DNA of 64,000 nt from an uncultured Verrucomicrobiae bacterium (GCA_963735805.1 CAVTMK010000002.1:608001-672000); one strand, 5' to 3'; counted from the stretch's first letter, positions 46,986 through 57,949 are shown. The notes: generated by a model not told the origin, from the sequence alone. Numbers and translations are program-made.

Positions 46986-47441
46986 ATGGACAACGATTCT
47001 CCACCCGAACGTTTTTTTGCCGGAGAGTTCCGACACTCTATCGACGAGAAAAATCGAATCACGATTCCTTCTCGCTGGCGGCGAGATCAGGCGGAGGAAT
47101 TCATTCTGTTGCCCGAGGCGACTCATCAATTTCTGCTCGTCATGTCGCCACTGGAGTTTGCGCGAACGAGTTCGACGGCCGAAACAAATCAAGGGGTTTC
47201 CGCGCGGGATCGCCGGATTTTTTTGCGCCATCTGCATTCACGCGCGCAGCATGCAAACGTTGATCGGCAGGGGCGTCTTGTTTTGCCCGAAGAGCTTTGC
47301 CGGAAGGTGGGACTGAAAGATGAAGTGGCTTTGGTCGGTAACCGGGGACGTTTTGAGATTTGGAATCTGCAGCGCTGGAAACGAGCGCACGAGGAGGAAA
47401 CAGCCACTTACCAACACGTGGCAAACGTCATTGGCTTGTAA
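46986..47441 (+). CDS. mraZ: Transcriptional regulator MraZ
   Basis: HSIDEKNRITIP and DRQGRLVLP duplicated motifs, FEIW. Confidence 0.93.
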   Translation: MDNDSPPERFFAGEFRHSIDEKNRITIPSRWRRDQAEEFILLPEATHQFLLVMSPLEFARTSSTAETNQGVSARDRRIFLRHLHSRAQHANVDRQGRLVLPEELCRKVGLKDEVALVGNRGRFEIWNLQRWKRAHEEETATYQHVANVIGL

Positions 47442-47445
47442 TCAG

Positions 47446-48462
47446 ATGCTTGGTCAAAACGTTATCAACACATTTTGGTTTGAGCGGCCTTTATGGGCGG
47501 CCGTTGAGTCGTTTACTGCCGAAGAGGAGGCACCCGAAGTGGAGGAATTCATATATCACCGTCCAGTGCTCAAAAGCGAAGTGGTGGAGTTGCTCGAACC
47601 GAAACCGGGCTCGCTCATCGTTGATGCAACATGTGGCGGCGGTGGCCACACCGAAGCGCTTTTGGAGAGCGGCGCCAATGTTTTGGCACTGGACAGTGAT
47701 CCCGACGCGATCCACTACGTCGGTGAGCAACTGGCACGCTTTGGCGAACGCCTCGCTGTGCGGCAGGCGAATTTTAGGCGTGCACCCAGTGTTCTCGATG
47801 AGCTCGGCATTCGCATGATCGGCGGCGCGCTTCTCGATCTCGGTGTCTCTTCCAGGCAATTGGAAAATGCCGAGCGGGGTTTCAGCTTCATGCGAAACGG
47901 TCCGCTCGATATGCGCATGGATCCGCGAGCTCAACTGACCGCGGCCGCAATTGTAAACGAATACAGCGAAGAACAATTGACGCGGTTGTTTCGTGAACTG
48001 GGAGAGGAGCCGGCGGCGCGCCGCGTCGCAAGCCTGATTGTGAAAATGAGAAAGACGACGCCGTTTCGCGAAACTCTGCCCCTGGCACGGGCGATCGAAA
48101 AACTGGTCGGCCGGCACGGCCGCCATCATCCGGCTACACAGGTCTTTCAGGCGCTACGCATGGAAGTGAACGACGAACTTGGCGCGCTCGAGGACGGTCT
48201 GCGCGCGCTAACTGCGCGACTTGTACGCGGTGGTCGCATTGGGGTGATCACTTTTCATTCACTGGAGGATCGGATCGTGAAGAATTTCTTTCGTGATCAT
48301 AGTCGGGAATGGCTGGACAGGCCGGAGTGGCCCGCGCCGCAACGCAACCCGAATTACGATCTTAAACTGATTACACCAAAACCAGTTGAGCCGACTGAAG
48401 AGGAACGGCGCACAAATCCAAGGTCGCGGAGTGCAAAATTACGCGTGGCCGAAAAGAGTTAA
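47446..48462 (+). CDS. rsmH: 16S rRNA m4C1402 methyltransferase
   Basis: HRPVL, DATCGGGGH, DLGVSS, GPLDMRM, FHSLEDR, NPRSRSAKLR; start uncertain. Confidence 0.96.
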   Translation: MLGQNVINTFWFERPLWAAVESFTAEEEAPEVEEFIYHRPVLKSEVVELLEPKPGSLIVDATCGGGGHTEALLESGANVLALDSDPDAIHYVGEQLARFGERLAVRQANFRRAPSVLDELGIRMIGGALLDLGVSSRQLENAERGFSFMRNGPLDMRMDPRAQLTAAAIVNEYSEEQLTRLFRELGEEPAARRVASLIVKMRKTTPFRETLPLARAIEKLVGRHGRHHPATQVFQALRMEVNDELGALEDGLRALTARLVRGGRIGVITFHSLEDRIVKNFFRDHSREWLDRPEWPAPQRNPNYDLKLITPKPVEPTEEERRTNPRSRSAKLRVAEKS

Positions 48463-48464
48463 AA

Positions 48465-48833
48465 ATGAATCGTTCGCGTCGAAAAAATTGCAATACGGTA
48501 AACGCAGCGTCGCTGGCGCGATGGATTGTGGTAACAGCGTTTCTGGCGCTGGCCGGGTTGAGCTACGTCTATTTGACGCTTCAACTTTATCACCTGGGCG
48601 ATCGCAGGAAGGCGGTCGAAAATGAACTTGTTAGTCTCCGCACCCAAAACGACATCGCGAGCGCACAAATCGCAGCTTTGACCTCGCGGTCTGCGTTGCA
48701 ACGCCGTTTGAAAGAAGGCTATTTAAAAATGATGCCGATTTCGGAAGCCAACATCGTGAGGCTTACGATGCCTGCCGGTTCAGCGGAAGACGATGCGGTC
48801 CAACCCGTAGCCAATCCTTCTGGCGCAAAATGA
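48465..48833 (+). CDS. ftsL: FtsL-like cell division protein
   Basis: Basic N-terminus, single TM, coiled coil; canonical position between rsmH and ftsI. Confidence 0.65.
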   Translation: MNRSRRKNCNTVNAASLARWIVVTAFLALAGLSYVYLTLQLYHLGDRRKAVENELVSLRTQNDIASAQIAALTSRSALQRRLKEGYLKMMPISEANIVRLTMPAGSAEDDAVQPVANPSGAK

Positions 48834-50647
48834 ATCCAAGCAGCCGAACTCGTTGCGTCTTAGTATGCGCTGCTTTTATCGGGTTGTTCAGCATTTTTTC
48901 ATTCCGTTTAATCTACCTGCAGGCAATCAAGCATGACGAATATGCCGGGCTCGCTGCTGAAAAACATGTTTACAAGCAAATTATCCATGCACAGCGCGGC
49001 ACGATCCTCGATTCGAATAGCGAAGTTCTCGCTGATAACATTCCTGTTGAAACCGTAGTGGCCGACGCCACGCATCTTAACAACCGCGAGGCGATCGTCG
49101 GTCTCGTGAGCAAGGAACTAGGGCTTCCGTCCACGCAGGTCGCGGAAAAGTTAAGTGGTGAGCGCCGATATATCATTATCAAGCGTGAAGTGCCTGAGCC
49201 GCAGGCAGGCGCGTTACGTGAGAAACTTCGCACGGCTAATCTTCGTGGAATTTATTTCGAGCATGATGCCACTCGCGTTTACCCAAACGGCTCGATGCTG
49301 TGCCATGTCATTGGATTTACCGACTTCGACCATCATGGCATCCAAGGCGTGGAAGCGTCGATGGAGGAATATCTTCATGGGCAGGATGGCTTTCGCTTCA
49401 TCGAACACAACCGCGCCGGCCAGGAAATCGTGCCTTATCGCGGACAGGAGCGACCGCCGCGAGACGGCTATCAAGTCCATCTGACTGTCGACCTTAGTCT
49501 GCAGAACATTGTTGAGAACGAGATCGATGCCGCGATGGCGGAATATTCCCCTCAAAAAGCCACGATTATTTTGATGCGGCCACAGACAGGCGAAATTCTC
49601 GCAATGGCTAATCGGCCGGATTTCGACTTGAACCTGCGCTCCGAGGCGAAGCCGGAAGAAATGAAAAACCGAGCCATCATCGACATGATGGAGCCAGGCT
49701 CCACCTTTAAGATCGTTGCCGCCGCCGCTGCCCTCAATGAAGGCAAGCTCCGACCCGATTCGACGATCTTTTGCGAGAACGGTCTTTGGAATTTCGGCGG
49801 CGCGGCACTGCATGATCACCGCGCGTTTTCGTATTTGAGCGTGCGTGACATCCTCGTCAAATCGAGCAATATCGGCGCAGCCAAGCTCGCACTGAGCGTG
49901 GGCGAGCAAAGGTTCTACGAATACATACGTCGATTTGGTTTTGGCGAGCGGACCGGGATTGAGCTGCCGGGCGAAATCAGTGGGCTCATCCGGCCTCCGA
50001 AAGCATGGAGCAAAATTTCGATCACGCGGATTCCCATGGGCCACGAAGTCGGAGTGACGCCGCTACAAATGACGGTGGCGATGGCCGTGATCGCTAATGG
50101 CGGCAAATTAATCACGCCACGAATCATTAAATCGATTACTACGCCGGAAGGAAAAACGATCAGCTCACTTTCTCCCGTAGCGCTGCGTCAGGTGATTTCT
50201 ACTGAAACATCTAGAGAAATCGGCGATGCGTTGCGTGGTGTAGTAAGCGACCGCGGCACCGCCGCCGCTGCTGCTGTTCCAGGTTTTACTATTGCGGGCA
50301 AAACCGGAACTGCGCAAAAAGTCGATCCCAAAGGCGGATACGAGCATGGGAAGTACGTTGTTTCTTTCGCTGGCTATCTGCCGGCGGAACATCCCGAGTT
50401 TGTCGGTCTGGTGGTGCTTGATGATGCGCACACTAGTAAACCGGAGCTTAACTACGGCGGGCTAATTGCAGGACCAATTTTTTCCCGAGTAGCGGAAAAG
50501 GCAGCCCGCTATCTAGATCTTGAGCCGCATGAGGAGATTCGCAAAGCGATTCCCGTAGAGCGAGTCGAAAAAACAACGCCGGCAGAGCGAATTCGAAAGG
50601 CTCGACCGGCGGAACGAATCGCCTTAACCAATGCTTCGCGACGTTGA
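48830..50647 (+). CDS. ftsI: Class B penicillin-binding protein (FtsI/PBP3)
   Basis: RGTILD, RVYP, EPGSTFK (SxxK), SSN, KTGTAQ. Confidence 0.93.
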   Translation: MNPSSRTRCVLVCAAFIGLFSIFSFRLIYLQAIKHDEYAGLAAEKHVYKQIIHAQRGTILDSNSEVLADNIPVETVVADATHLNNREAIVGLVSKELGLPSTQVAEKLSGERRYIIIKREVPEPQAGALREKLRTANLRGIYFEHDATRVYPNGSMLCHVIGFTDFDHHGIQGVEASMEEYLHGQDGFRFIEHNRAGQEIVPYRGQERPPRDGYQVHLTVDLSLQNIVENEIDAAMAEYSPQKATIILMRPQTGEILAMANRPDFDLNLRSEAKPEEMKNRAIIDMMEPGSTFKIVAAAAALNEGKLRPDSTIFCENGLWNFGGAALHDHRAFSYLSVRDILVKSSNIGAAKLALSVGEQRFYEYIRRFGFGERTGIELPGEISGLIRPPKAWSKISITRIPMGHEVGVTPLQMTVAMAVIANGGKLITPRIIKSITTPEGKTISSLSPVALRQVISTETSREIGDALRGVVSDRGTAAAAAVPGFTIAGKTGTAQKVDPKGGYEHGKYVVSFAGYLPAEHPEFVGLVVLDDAHTSKPELNYGGLIAGPIFSRVAEKAARYLDLEPHEEIRKAIPVERVEKTTPAERIRKARPAERIALTNASRR

Positions 50648-50705
50648 ACGCCTCGCCCTGGTTCGCGACTGTGAATCTGTCCCGTTGCGGACATGTTGAA
50701 ACCTC

Positions 50706-52190
50706 ATGCAGCTCAAGAATCTCCTCTCCGCGACTGCAGTTCGCCAGATCATCGGGCCACTTGATCGCGCAGTGGAAAACATCGCGTATGACTCGCGGCG
50801 AGTGCAGAGGAATGGCATGTTCGTGGCGTTGCGGGGAGAGAAATCCGACGGCCACGAATTTATCGGCCAGGCAATCGAAAAAGGGGCATCGGTAATCGTT
50901 GCGGAACGCGAGGAACAAAATCCGCGCGCGACTTGTCTTGTTGTAGAGAACACGCGGACCGCGCTCGCTGACTTTGCGGAAACTTTTTACGGACACCCGG
51001 GGCGCAAATTAAAACTAACGGCGGTCACGGGCACGAACGGTAAAACCACCACGACATTTCTCATCAAGCACATTTGCGAAAATTCCGGCTTGCGTTGCGG
51101 ATTGATCGGGACAGTGCGCTACGAAATCGGTGAACGGGTGCTGCCTGCCATCCGCACGACGCCAGAATCGCTCGATTTACAGGAGCTATTGGCACAGATC
51201 GTCAACGCGGGCTGCAAAGCAGCAGCGATGGAAGTCTCATCGCATGCGCTCGCGCAGGACCGCACGCGTGGACTCGAATGGAACGTCGCTGTCTTTACGA
51301 ATCTTACGCAGGACCATCTCGATTTTCACGGGACTATGAAAAGCTACTTCGAATCAAAGGCGAAGCTTTTTACAGGACTGGGGAGTCAGAAAAAAAAGCG
51401 CAAACCCATTGCAATTGTGAATATCGATGACCGCTATGGCGAACAATTACTCGGCAATATCGACAAACGTATCGCGGTAATCACATATGGAATGGGAATG
51501 CGCGCTGAGTTCCGCGCTTCAAATTATCGCGTTGAGTCCAGCGGTACCTCTTATCAGCTGGATGCTCAAGGTAAGAGTTATCTCGTCCGCGTTCCTTTGA
51601 TAGGGCGGTTTAATGTCATAAACTCTGTGGCGGCGCTGGCTGCCGCCAACGCTCTTGGAATTAATTTGCGTGATGCTGTGGTTAGTCTTGGCAAGTCATC
51701 GCAGGTGCCGGGACGACTGGAATTGGTTCCGGCAAAACGACAATTCCAAGTTTTCGTGGATTACGCGCACACGCCCGACGCGCTGGGGAACGTGCTTAAA
51801 ACCCTGCGCGAGCTTGAGCCGCACCGGTTGATCGCCGTTTTTGGCTGCGGCGGTAATCGCGACCGGCAGAAGCGCCCTTTGATGGCCGAAATAGTAGATC
51901 GTCATGCTGATTTCGCCATCATTACCTCGGATAACCCGCGCAAGGAAAATCCGGACACGATCATCGCCGAGATCGAAAGGGGATTCCGTTCCACTCATTA
52001 CGAAAAAATTGTCGATCGTACTCAAGCTATTAATCGAGCTATTGAACTGGCACAGCCGCGGGACATTGTTTTGATCGCTGGCAAGGGGCACGAGAATTAC
52101 CAGGAGTTCGCCGATCACACCATTCCGTTCGACGATATTCAAGTCGCGCGACGTGCGATCGAAGACCATCCCGTGGAGTTTTTGTCATGA
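50706..52190 (+). CDS. murE: UDP-MurNAc-tripeptide synthetase
   Basis: TGTNGKTTT, MEVSSH, DHLDFH, DYAHTPD, DNPR (DAP-type), AGKGHE. Confidence 0.97.
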   Translation: MQLKNLLSATAVRQIIGPLDRAVENIAYDSRRVQRNGMFVALRGEKSDGHEFIGQAIEKGASVIVAEREEQNPRATCLVVENTRTALADFAETFYGHPGRKLKLTAVTGTNGKTTTTFLIKHICENSGLRCGLIGTVRYEIGERVLPAIRTTPESLDLQELLAQIVNAGCKAAAMEVSSHALAQDRTRGLEWNVAVFTNLTQDHLDFHGTMKSYFESKAKLFTGLGSQKKKRKPIAIVNIDDRYGEQLLGNIDKRIAVITYGMGMRAEFRASNYRVESSGTSYQLDAQGKSYLVRVPLIGRFNVINSVAALAAANALGINLRDAVVSLGKSSQVPGRLELVPAKRQFQVFVDYAHTPDALGNVLKTLRELEPHRLIAVFGCGGNRDRQKRPLMAEIVDRHADFAIITSDNPRKENPDTIIAEIERGFRSTHYEKIVDRTQAINRAIELAQPRDIVLIAGKGHENYQEFADHTIPFDDIQVARRAIEDHPVEFLS

Positions 52191-52245
52191 CATTTTTGTT
52201 TGGGAATTCGGCGGTGCGTGACGCGCATTCTCCAATTCTGCCGTT

Positions 52246-53640
52246 ATGAACCCGCTTTCACTTTTCCAAATTGCGCAATTATCTGGAGGCTCGCTTTCGT
52301 CCGGAGACGGAACGATTGCCGTCGATACGATCAGCACGGATTCGCGCACGATTAAGCGCGGCGAACTATTCGTCGCGTTACGTGGCGAGAATTACGATGG
52401 CCACAACTTTGTAGAAGCCACGGCAATCGCCGGCGCAACCGGTGCAATCGTTGATTCCATTTGGAAGGGAAACGTGCCTGAGAATTTCGCGCTCATTCGT
52501 GCAAAGGACACATTGCAGGCGTACCAGCGACTCGCTGCTAATTACAGGAAGTCGCTTCCGCTCAGCGTCATTGCGATTACCGGAAGCAACGGCAAGACGA
52601 GCACCAAAGACTTCGCTGCGGCGGTTCTCGCCCGCCGGTTTCAGGTCACGAAAACACAGGGAAACTTCAATAATCACGTCGGCTTGCCTCGAACAATTCT
52701 GGAGGCCTCGTCACGAGACGAAGTTGCAGTTTGGGAAATCGGAATGAATCACCCCGGCGAAATTGCAATGCTTTCGAGAGTCGCTGCGCCCGATGTTGGC
52801 ATCATTACAAATATCGGTGTCGCGCATATCGAGTTTATGGGATCGCGCGAAAAAATTGCTGAGGAGAAAGGCGCGCTTGCAGAGACAGTCGGCGCCGATG
52901 GAACGGTCATCCTGAATGCTGACGATCCCTTCAGCGAGAGGATTGCGGCTCGCACGCGTGGCAGAGTGATCTTAGCCGGAACAACTGCTGGCACGATTCG
53001 TGCCAGTGAGATTAACCAGAGCGGCAGCGCAACAGATTTTACGATTCTCGAAGGCGCTCATCGCTGCCGGGCTCAATTGCCAGTCCCCGGTCTGCATATG
53101 GTACAGAACGCATTGCTGGCCGTCGCGGCCGGTCGTGTCTTTGGTCTTTCCCTAGAAGAATGCGCGGCCGGCCTGGTCGCTGCTCCGCTCACCAAAGCCC
53201 GTTTGCAAGTCAAGGAAATCCGCGGTGTGCAATTTCTCGACGACAGCTACAACGCAAATCCCGATTCCATGAAAGCGGCGTTGCGAACGCTGGTTGAATT
53301 GGATGCCGACGGCCAACGGATCGCTGTGTTGGGCGAGATGCGTGAATTGGGCGATGAATCGGAGCGTGCACATCGCGAAGTAGGCGAAACGGCGGCCGGG
53401 TTAAGAGTCGATCATCTGATTGCGATCGGAAGCGTGGCTGCAAGCATTGCAGAGGCGGCAAAACAGGCTGGGCTGCAAAACAGCTCGACCGTAGCTTCAA
53501 CTGCTGAAGCCGCTGAACTCTTGACAGAGGTCGCCGCGCCCGGCGACCTCGTGCTTATCAAGGGCAGTCGCCTGGCCCGCACAGAGCAGGTCATCGACAC
53601 ATTCCGCAAACTGCGATCAGTAATCGCCAATTCGCCATGA
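52246..53640 (+). CDS. murF: UDP-MurNAc-pentapeptide synthetase
   Basis: TGSNGKTSTK, NNHVGLP, EIGMNH, DSYNANPDSM, KGSR. Confidence 0.96.
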   Translation: MNPLSLFQIAQLSGGSLSSGDGTIAVDTISTDSRTIKRGELFVALRGENYDGHNFVEATAIAGATGAIVDSIWKGNVPENFALIRAKDTLQAYQRLAANYRKSLPLSVIAITGSNGKTSTKDFAAAVLARRFQVTKTQGNFNNHVGLPRTILEASSRDEVAVWEIGMNHPGEIAMLSRVAAPDVGIITNIGVAHIEFMGSREKIAEEKGALAETVGADGTVILNADDPFSERIAARTRGRVILAGTTAGTIRASEINQSGSATDFTILEGAHRCRAQLPVPGLHMVQNALLAVAAGRVFGLSLEECAAGLVAAPLTKARLQVKEIRGVQFLDDSYNANPDSMKAALRTLVELDADGQRIAVLGEMRELGDESERAHREVGETAAGLRVDHLIAIGSVAASIAEAAKQAGLQNSSTVASTAEAAELLTEVAAPGDLVLIKGSRLARTEQVIDTFRKLRSVIANSP

Positions 53641-54737
53641 TGTACTTTCTCCATCACCTGAGCGATCGGTTCATTGGCTTCAACGTTTTTCTTTATGTCA
53701 CGTTCAGGGCCATTGCCGCGGCGGTGACGGCCTTCCTGTTCACCCTGATTTTTGGAAACTTTATTATTCGAAGATTGATCGCCCTGAAATTGGGCCAACC
53801 GATTCGCGGAGCGGCGGAAGTTCATCGTCTGGCTGAACTCCACGGTGTTAAACAAGGAACGCCCACCATGGGTGGCGTGCTGGTTATCGGCTCTGTCTTT
53901 GTGTCCAGTCTGATCTGGGCGCGCCTTGATAACCGCTTCGTTTGGCTGGTCCTGTTTTGCATGGTCTATCTCGGTGGCCTCGGTTTCGCTGACGATTATC
54001 TCAAGGTTACGAAGAAGAAGTCCGATGGGATCAGCGGCCGGATCAAACTGGTTTTTCAGATTGCTCTGGCCTTGATCGTCACGGCCGTTTTTCTCACCAG
54101 TCCGCTATTGGAAGTACAAGCCCGTTCTCTCTATGTGCCGTTCATTAAAGCACCGGTCATTGCAAATATGGGCTGGTTTACCTTCATATTTTTTCTTCTC
54201 GTTATTGTCGGTTCCTCAAACGCCGTCAATCTTACCGACGGTCTGGATGGTCTGGCGATTGGGTGCACCGTCACCGTGGCATTTGCATATGCTCTGCTCT
54301 CATACGCTGCCGGGAATTTTCGGATTGCCGAATATTTGCAGGTTCCTTTTTATCCATTTGCCGGAGAACTGACTGTTGTCTGCTCCGCACTGGTCGGCGC
54401 GGGTTTGGGCTTCCTCTGGTTCAATTGTTTCCCGGCGAAAGTTTTCATGGGCGATACCGGATCGCTGTCGATCGGAGGCATGCTTGGCGTCGTGGCGATC
54501 TGCTGCAAACAGGAGCTGCTCTTGACCGTCGTAGGCGGCGTCTTCGTGATCGAAGCCGTCTCAGTGATTCTACAGGTAATGAGTTTCAAACTGACGGGCA
54601 AACGGATTTTCGTCATGTCTCCACTTCATCATCACTTTGAATTGACGGGCTGGAAGGAAAACACAGTCATCGTTCGCTTTTGGATTCTCTCGATCATCTT
54701 TGCGTTGCTTGGTCTTGCCACACTGAAATTGAGGTAA
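53637..54737 (+). CDS. mraY: Phospho-MurNAc-pentapeptide transferase
   Basis: GTPTMGG, DDY, NAVNLTDGLDGL, FMGDTGS, PLHHHFE. Confidence 0.97.
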   Translation: MMYFLHHLSDRFIGFNVFLYVTFRAIAAAVTAFLFTLIFGNFIIRRLIALKLGQPIRGAAEVHRLAELHGVKQGTPTMGGVLVIGSVFVSSLIWARLDNRFVWLVLFCMVYLGGLGFADDYLKVTKKKSDGISGRIKLVFQIALALIVTAVFLTSPLLEVQARSLYVPFIKAPVIANMGWFTFIFFLLVIVGSSNAVNLTDGLDGLAIGCTVTVAFAYALLSYAAGNFRIAEYLQVPFYPFAGELTVVCSALVGAGLGFLWFNCFPAKVFMGDTGSLSIGGMLGVVAICCKQELLLTVVGGVFVIEAVSVILQVMSFKLTGKRIFVMSPLHHHFELTGWKENTVIVRFWILSIIFALLGLATLKLR

Positions 54738-54740
54738 AAC

Positions 54741-56075
54741 GTGCCCTACAAGAATCAGAATATTGCCGTGCTTGGTGCGGGATTGAGTGGGAGCGCTGCG
54801 GCGCTGCTTCTCAGATCGGAGGGCGCGCACGTCACAGTGCTCGATAGCGCTGAAGAGAAAAACTTACTCAAATCAACCATCGACAATCTGCGGATGCAGG
54901 ATGTTCGCGTAATCTGCGGAGCAGCTGCGGATGAAGACTCGTCTACGTATCAAATGGCGGTTTTGAGTCCGGGTATTGATCCGGCTTCCCGGTTGGTGCG
55001 CAATTTCTCGTCGCGTAGTATCGATATTATCGGCGAGCTCGAACTGGGTTGGCGCTCTTCCGAAATTCCGGTCATCGCAGTCACTGGCACAAACGGCAAA
55101 ACGACAACTACCGAATTGTTGGCTCAGATGCTGAATGCTTGTGGTCAGCGAACGATTGCGTGCGGAAATATTGGGAAACCGCTCTCCGAGGTGGCGCGAG
55201 AAAAACAGCGGTTCGACGTCCTGACAGTGGAGGTGAGCTCGTTCCAATTGGAAACGATTCGCACCTTTCACCCAGCCATCAGTCTCTGGCTCAATTTCGC
55301 TCCCGATCATCTCGATCGTTATCGGTCCGTGGCGGAATATCGCGCCGCCAAGCTGCGGATTTTTGAAAATCAAACCGATGCTGACATTGCTGTGGTCAAC
55401 GCCGTCGAAAAAATACCGGGAATACGTCCGCGTACGATCACGTTCAGTGCCTACGTCAATCACGCTGACTTCCGGGTCTCGGAAGGCACGATCCTATACC
55501 GCAACGAACCGGTCTTGAGATTGGCAGATATCAGACTGCGTGGTCTGCATAATATCGAGAATTTGATGGCCACCCTCGCCGTCGGTATGGCGCGCGGATT
55601 GTCGTTTCAAGAGATGCTGCCGCCGCTTAGCGCTTATGAACCGCGTCCGCATCGCTGTGAATTTGTACGCGAAGTCAACGGCGTCGCCTACATGAACGAT
55701 TCGAAGGCCACCAACCTCGACGCCATGGACAAGGCGTTGCGCGCGCAAAGCAAGCCGGTTGTCCTGATCGCCGGTGGCAAGGACAAGGGATTCAGTTTTG
55801 ATCCACTTCGCTCGCTTGTGAAGGAGAAGGTCAGATCGACGATTTTGATCGGCGAAATGGCCGAGAATATCAGCCGCTCCTGGGCTGGGGCGGTCAAATC
55901 CGAGATCGCGAGTTCGCTCGCCGACGCAGTAGAGCGCGCACATGCCAGCGCCAAACCAGGAGAAATCGTTCTTTTTTCTCCGGGCACCTCTTCTTTCGAC
56001 ATGTTCAAGAGCTACGCCGATCGCGGCGATCAATTTCGCGCGCTCGTGCAAGCTTTGCCTCAAAACGAACGATGA
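54741..56075 (+). CDS. murD: UDP-MurNAc-L-Ala--D-Glu ligase
   Basis: SPGI, TGTNGKTTT, EVSSFQLE, DHLDRY, NDSKATN, SFDMF..YADRG. Confidence 0.96.
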   Translation: MPYKNQNIAVLGAGLSGSAAALLLRSEGAHVTVLDSAEEKNLLKSTIDNLRMQDVRVICGAAADEDSSTYQMAVLSPGIDPASRLVRNFSSRSIDIIGELELGWRSSEIPVIAVTGTNGKTTTTELLAQMLNACGQRTIACGNIGKPLSEVAREKQRFDVLTVEVSSFQLETIRTFHPAISLWLNFAPDHLDRYRSVAEYRAAKLRIFENQTDADIAVVNAVEKIPGIRPRTITFSAYVNHADFRVSEGTILYRNEPVLRLADIRLRGLHNIENLMATLAVGMARGLSFQEMLPPLSAYEPRPHRCEFVREVNGVAYMNDSKATNLDAMDKALRAQSKPVVLIAGGKDKGFSFDPLRSLVKEKVRSTILIGEMAENISRSWAGAVKSEIASSLADAVERAHASAKPGEIVLFSPGTSSFDMFKSYADRGDQFRALVQALPQNER

Positions 56076-56743
56076 AAATCCCGCGCCTCCTGAGACGTAA
56101 CAAACTCTGGGCTGCAACTGCTCGTCGTTCCTCAGCCGCGTCTGCCGGAATGGACTTTGAAGAAATGCCGGAGCCGAACATGAAATTGTCACGAGCCCTG
56201 TTGATTGTTTTGCTTCTGCACGTCGTCGCTGTGTCCGGAATTATCGCGTTCAACGCGATTAAAACCCGGGAGAGTTCCTTTGTTCCGGCATCGTTGGCAA
56301 ACGCGGAACCTAAACCGTCCGCGACGGTGAGCGCACCAATTCATGCCGATGGCGCCAAGGCGCAGACTGCCGCTGCTCACAAAGAGACCACACCCCGCGA
56401 AGATCCAAAACCGTCACATTCGTTTTCGACATTATCCTCAAAAGACGACCAGGCGAACGCACCATCCGTCGCCAAGGCTATCGCGAGCAACCCCGTTTCT
56501 TCCGGGACGACATACGTCGTGAAGAAGGGCGATAATCCGGTGACGATCGCGAAAAAACTAAAGGTCCATTACGACGATCTGATTGCGCTCAACCATATCG
56601 AGGATCCGCGCAAATTACGGATTGGCCAAAAACTGTTAATTCCTAAGACAACAACGCCAAAATCGACGAAGGGAAAAGCAGCGAACTCCAAAGAGAAAAA
56701 AACTGAAGTGCGCCATGCAAAGCAACAAGCGCACTCGACATAA
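56072..56743 (+). CDS. Membrane-anchored LysM domain protein
   Basis: TM helix; YVVKKGD..IAKK...LN.I.DP..LRIGQKLLIP. Confidence 0.9.
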   Translation: MKIPRLLRRNKLWAATARRSSAASAGMDFEEMPEPNMKLSRALLIVLLLHVVAVSGIIAFNAIKTRESSFVPASLANAEPKPSATVSAPIHADGAKAQTAAAHKETTPREDPKPSHSFSTLSSKDDQANAPSVAKAIASNPVSSGTTYVVKKGDNPVTIAKKLKVHYDDLIALNHIEDPRKLRIGQKLLIPKTTTPKSTKGKAANSKEKKTEVRHAKQQAHST

Positions 56744-56745
56744 CC

Positions 56746-57888
56746 ATGCATCGTAAGAGCGCTTACATTCTTTTTCTCGCTGTGCTGGGACTCCTCGTGA
56801 TCGGTATTGTCATGCTATTCAGCACGAGCGCGTTTGCGCGGGATAGTCATGGAGACGTCTATTTTTTCATAAAGCGACAGGCGATTTGGTTCGGGATTGG
56901 CCTGGCGGTCTGCGTCCTTGCGGCGCTGGTCGATTATCACTTTTGGCAACGGACGTGGTGGCTGTGGTTTACACTGGCGTTGGTCGCTCTGGCGCTTTGC
57001 TATTTTCCCCATATCGGAATGCGTCTTAACGGATCGCGCCGATGGATCGGCCTCGGTCCGCTTACCTTTCAGCCCTCAGAACTGGCGAAGCTGGCGGCAA
57101 TTGTTTTCCTCGCTGCCTGGTTCGCGCGATACGAAGAGCCAGGACGCAATCTCGTTTTTGGACTGATTGTTCCGCTTGGAATCGTTAGTCTGCTGGCCGC
57201 ACTCGTTTTAGCAGAGGTTGATTTGGGAACGACGGCTTTGTTGGGAACAACGGCGTTTGTCATAATGTTTGTTGCCGGCGCAAATCCAATATGGCTGGGC
57301 ATGATATCGTTTGCCGGTCTTGGCACGCTTCTGATCGTTGCCAGCCGAATCTCAGAACGCATGGGGCGGTTGGCCGCTTTTCTTCATCCGCAGAACTACA
57401 AGGATGACGCTGGCTTGCAGCAGATGCAGGCATTGATCGCATGGGGCAGCGGCGGAACGGAAGGGCTTGGTCTGGGCAACGGTCGGCAAAAAATGCTTTA
57501 TCTGCCGTACGCGCACACCGATTTCATTTTTCCAATTATCGGCGAAGAGCTCGGTCTGCGGTTCAGTCTGCTCGTGATCTTTTTGTTCGTGGTTATCATT
57601 GTTTGCGGCGTCATGATCGCGCTGCACGCTAAAGATCGTTTCGGTCTGCTCCTTGGATGTGGCGTTGTTTCGCTGCTCGCTCTTCAAGCGGCAGTCAACA
57701 TCGGTGTGACAACATCGCTTTTACCGAACAAAGGACTGCCGCTGCCATTCATTAGTTATGGTGGCTCGAACCTAGTCGCGTGCATGTTCGGAATCGGGCT
57801 ATTACTGAACATATATCGGCAGGGCATTCTCGAGCCGCCGAACAAGAAACCTGTCGCGATGCGGGTACGCGTAACGCCACGGATTTAG
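56746..57888 (+). CDS. ftsW: SEDS peptidoglycan polymerase FtsW
   Basis: GSRRWI, QPSELAK, HTDFIF..IGEELG, PNKGLPLPFISYGGS. Confidence 0.95.
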   Translation: MHRKSAYILFLAVLGLLVIGIVMLFSTSAFARDSHGDVYFFIKRQAIWFGIGLAVCVLAALVDYHFWQRTWWLWFTLALVALALCYFPHIGMRLNGSRRWIGLGPLTFQPSELAKLAAIVFLAAWFARYEEPGRNLVFGLIVPLGIVSLLAALVLAEVDLGTTALLGTTAFVIMFVAGANPIWLGMISFAGLGTLLIVASRISERMGRLAAFLHPQNYKDDAGLQQMQALIAWGSGGTEGLGLGNGRQKMLYLPYAHTDFIFPIIGEELGLRFSLLVIFLFVVIIVCGVMIALHAKDRFGLLLGCGVVSLLALQAAVNIGVTTSLLPNKGLPLPFISYGGSNLVACMFGIGLLLNIYRQGILEPPNKKPVAMRVRVTPRI

Positions 57889-57949
57889 CACCAATGAATT
57901 CAATAAAATTGTATTAGTCGTATGAGTCAGAGATGAGGAATCAGATCTT

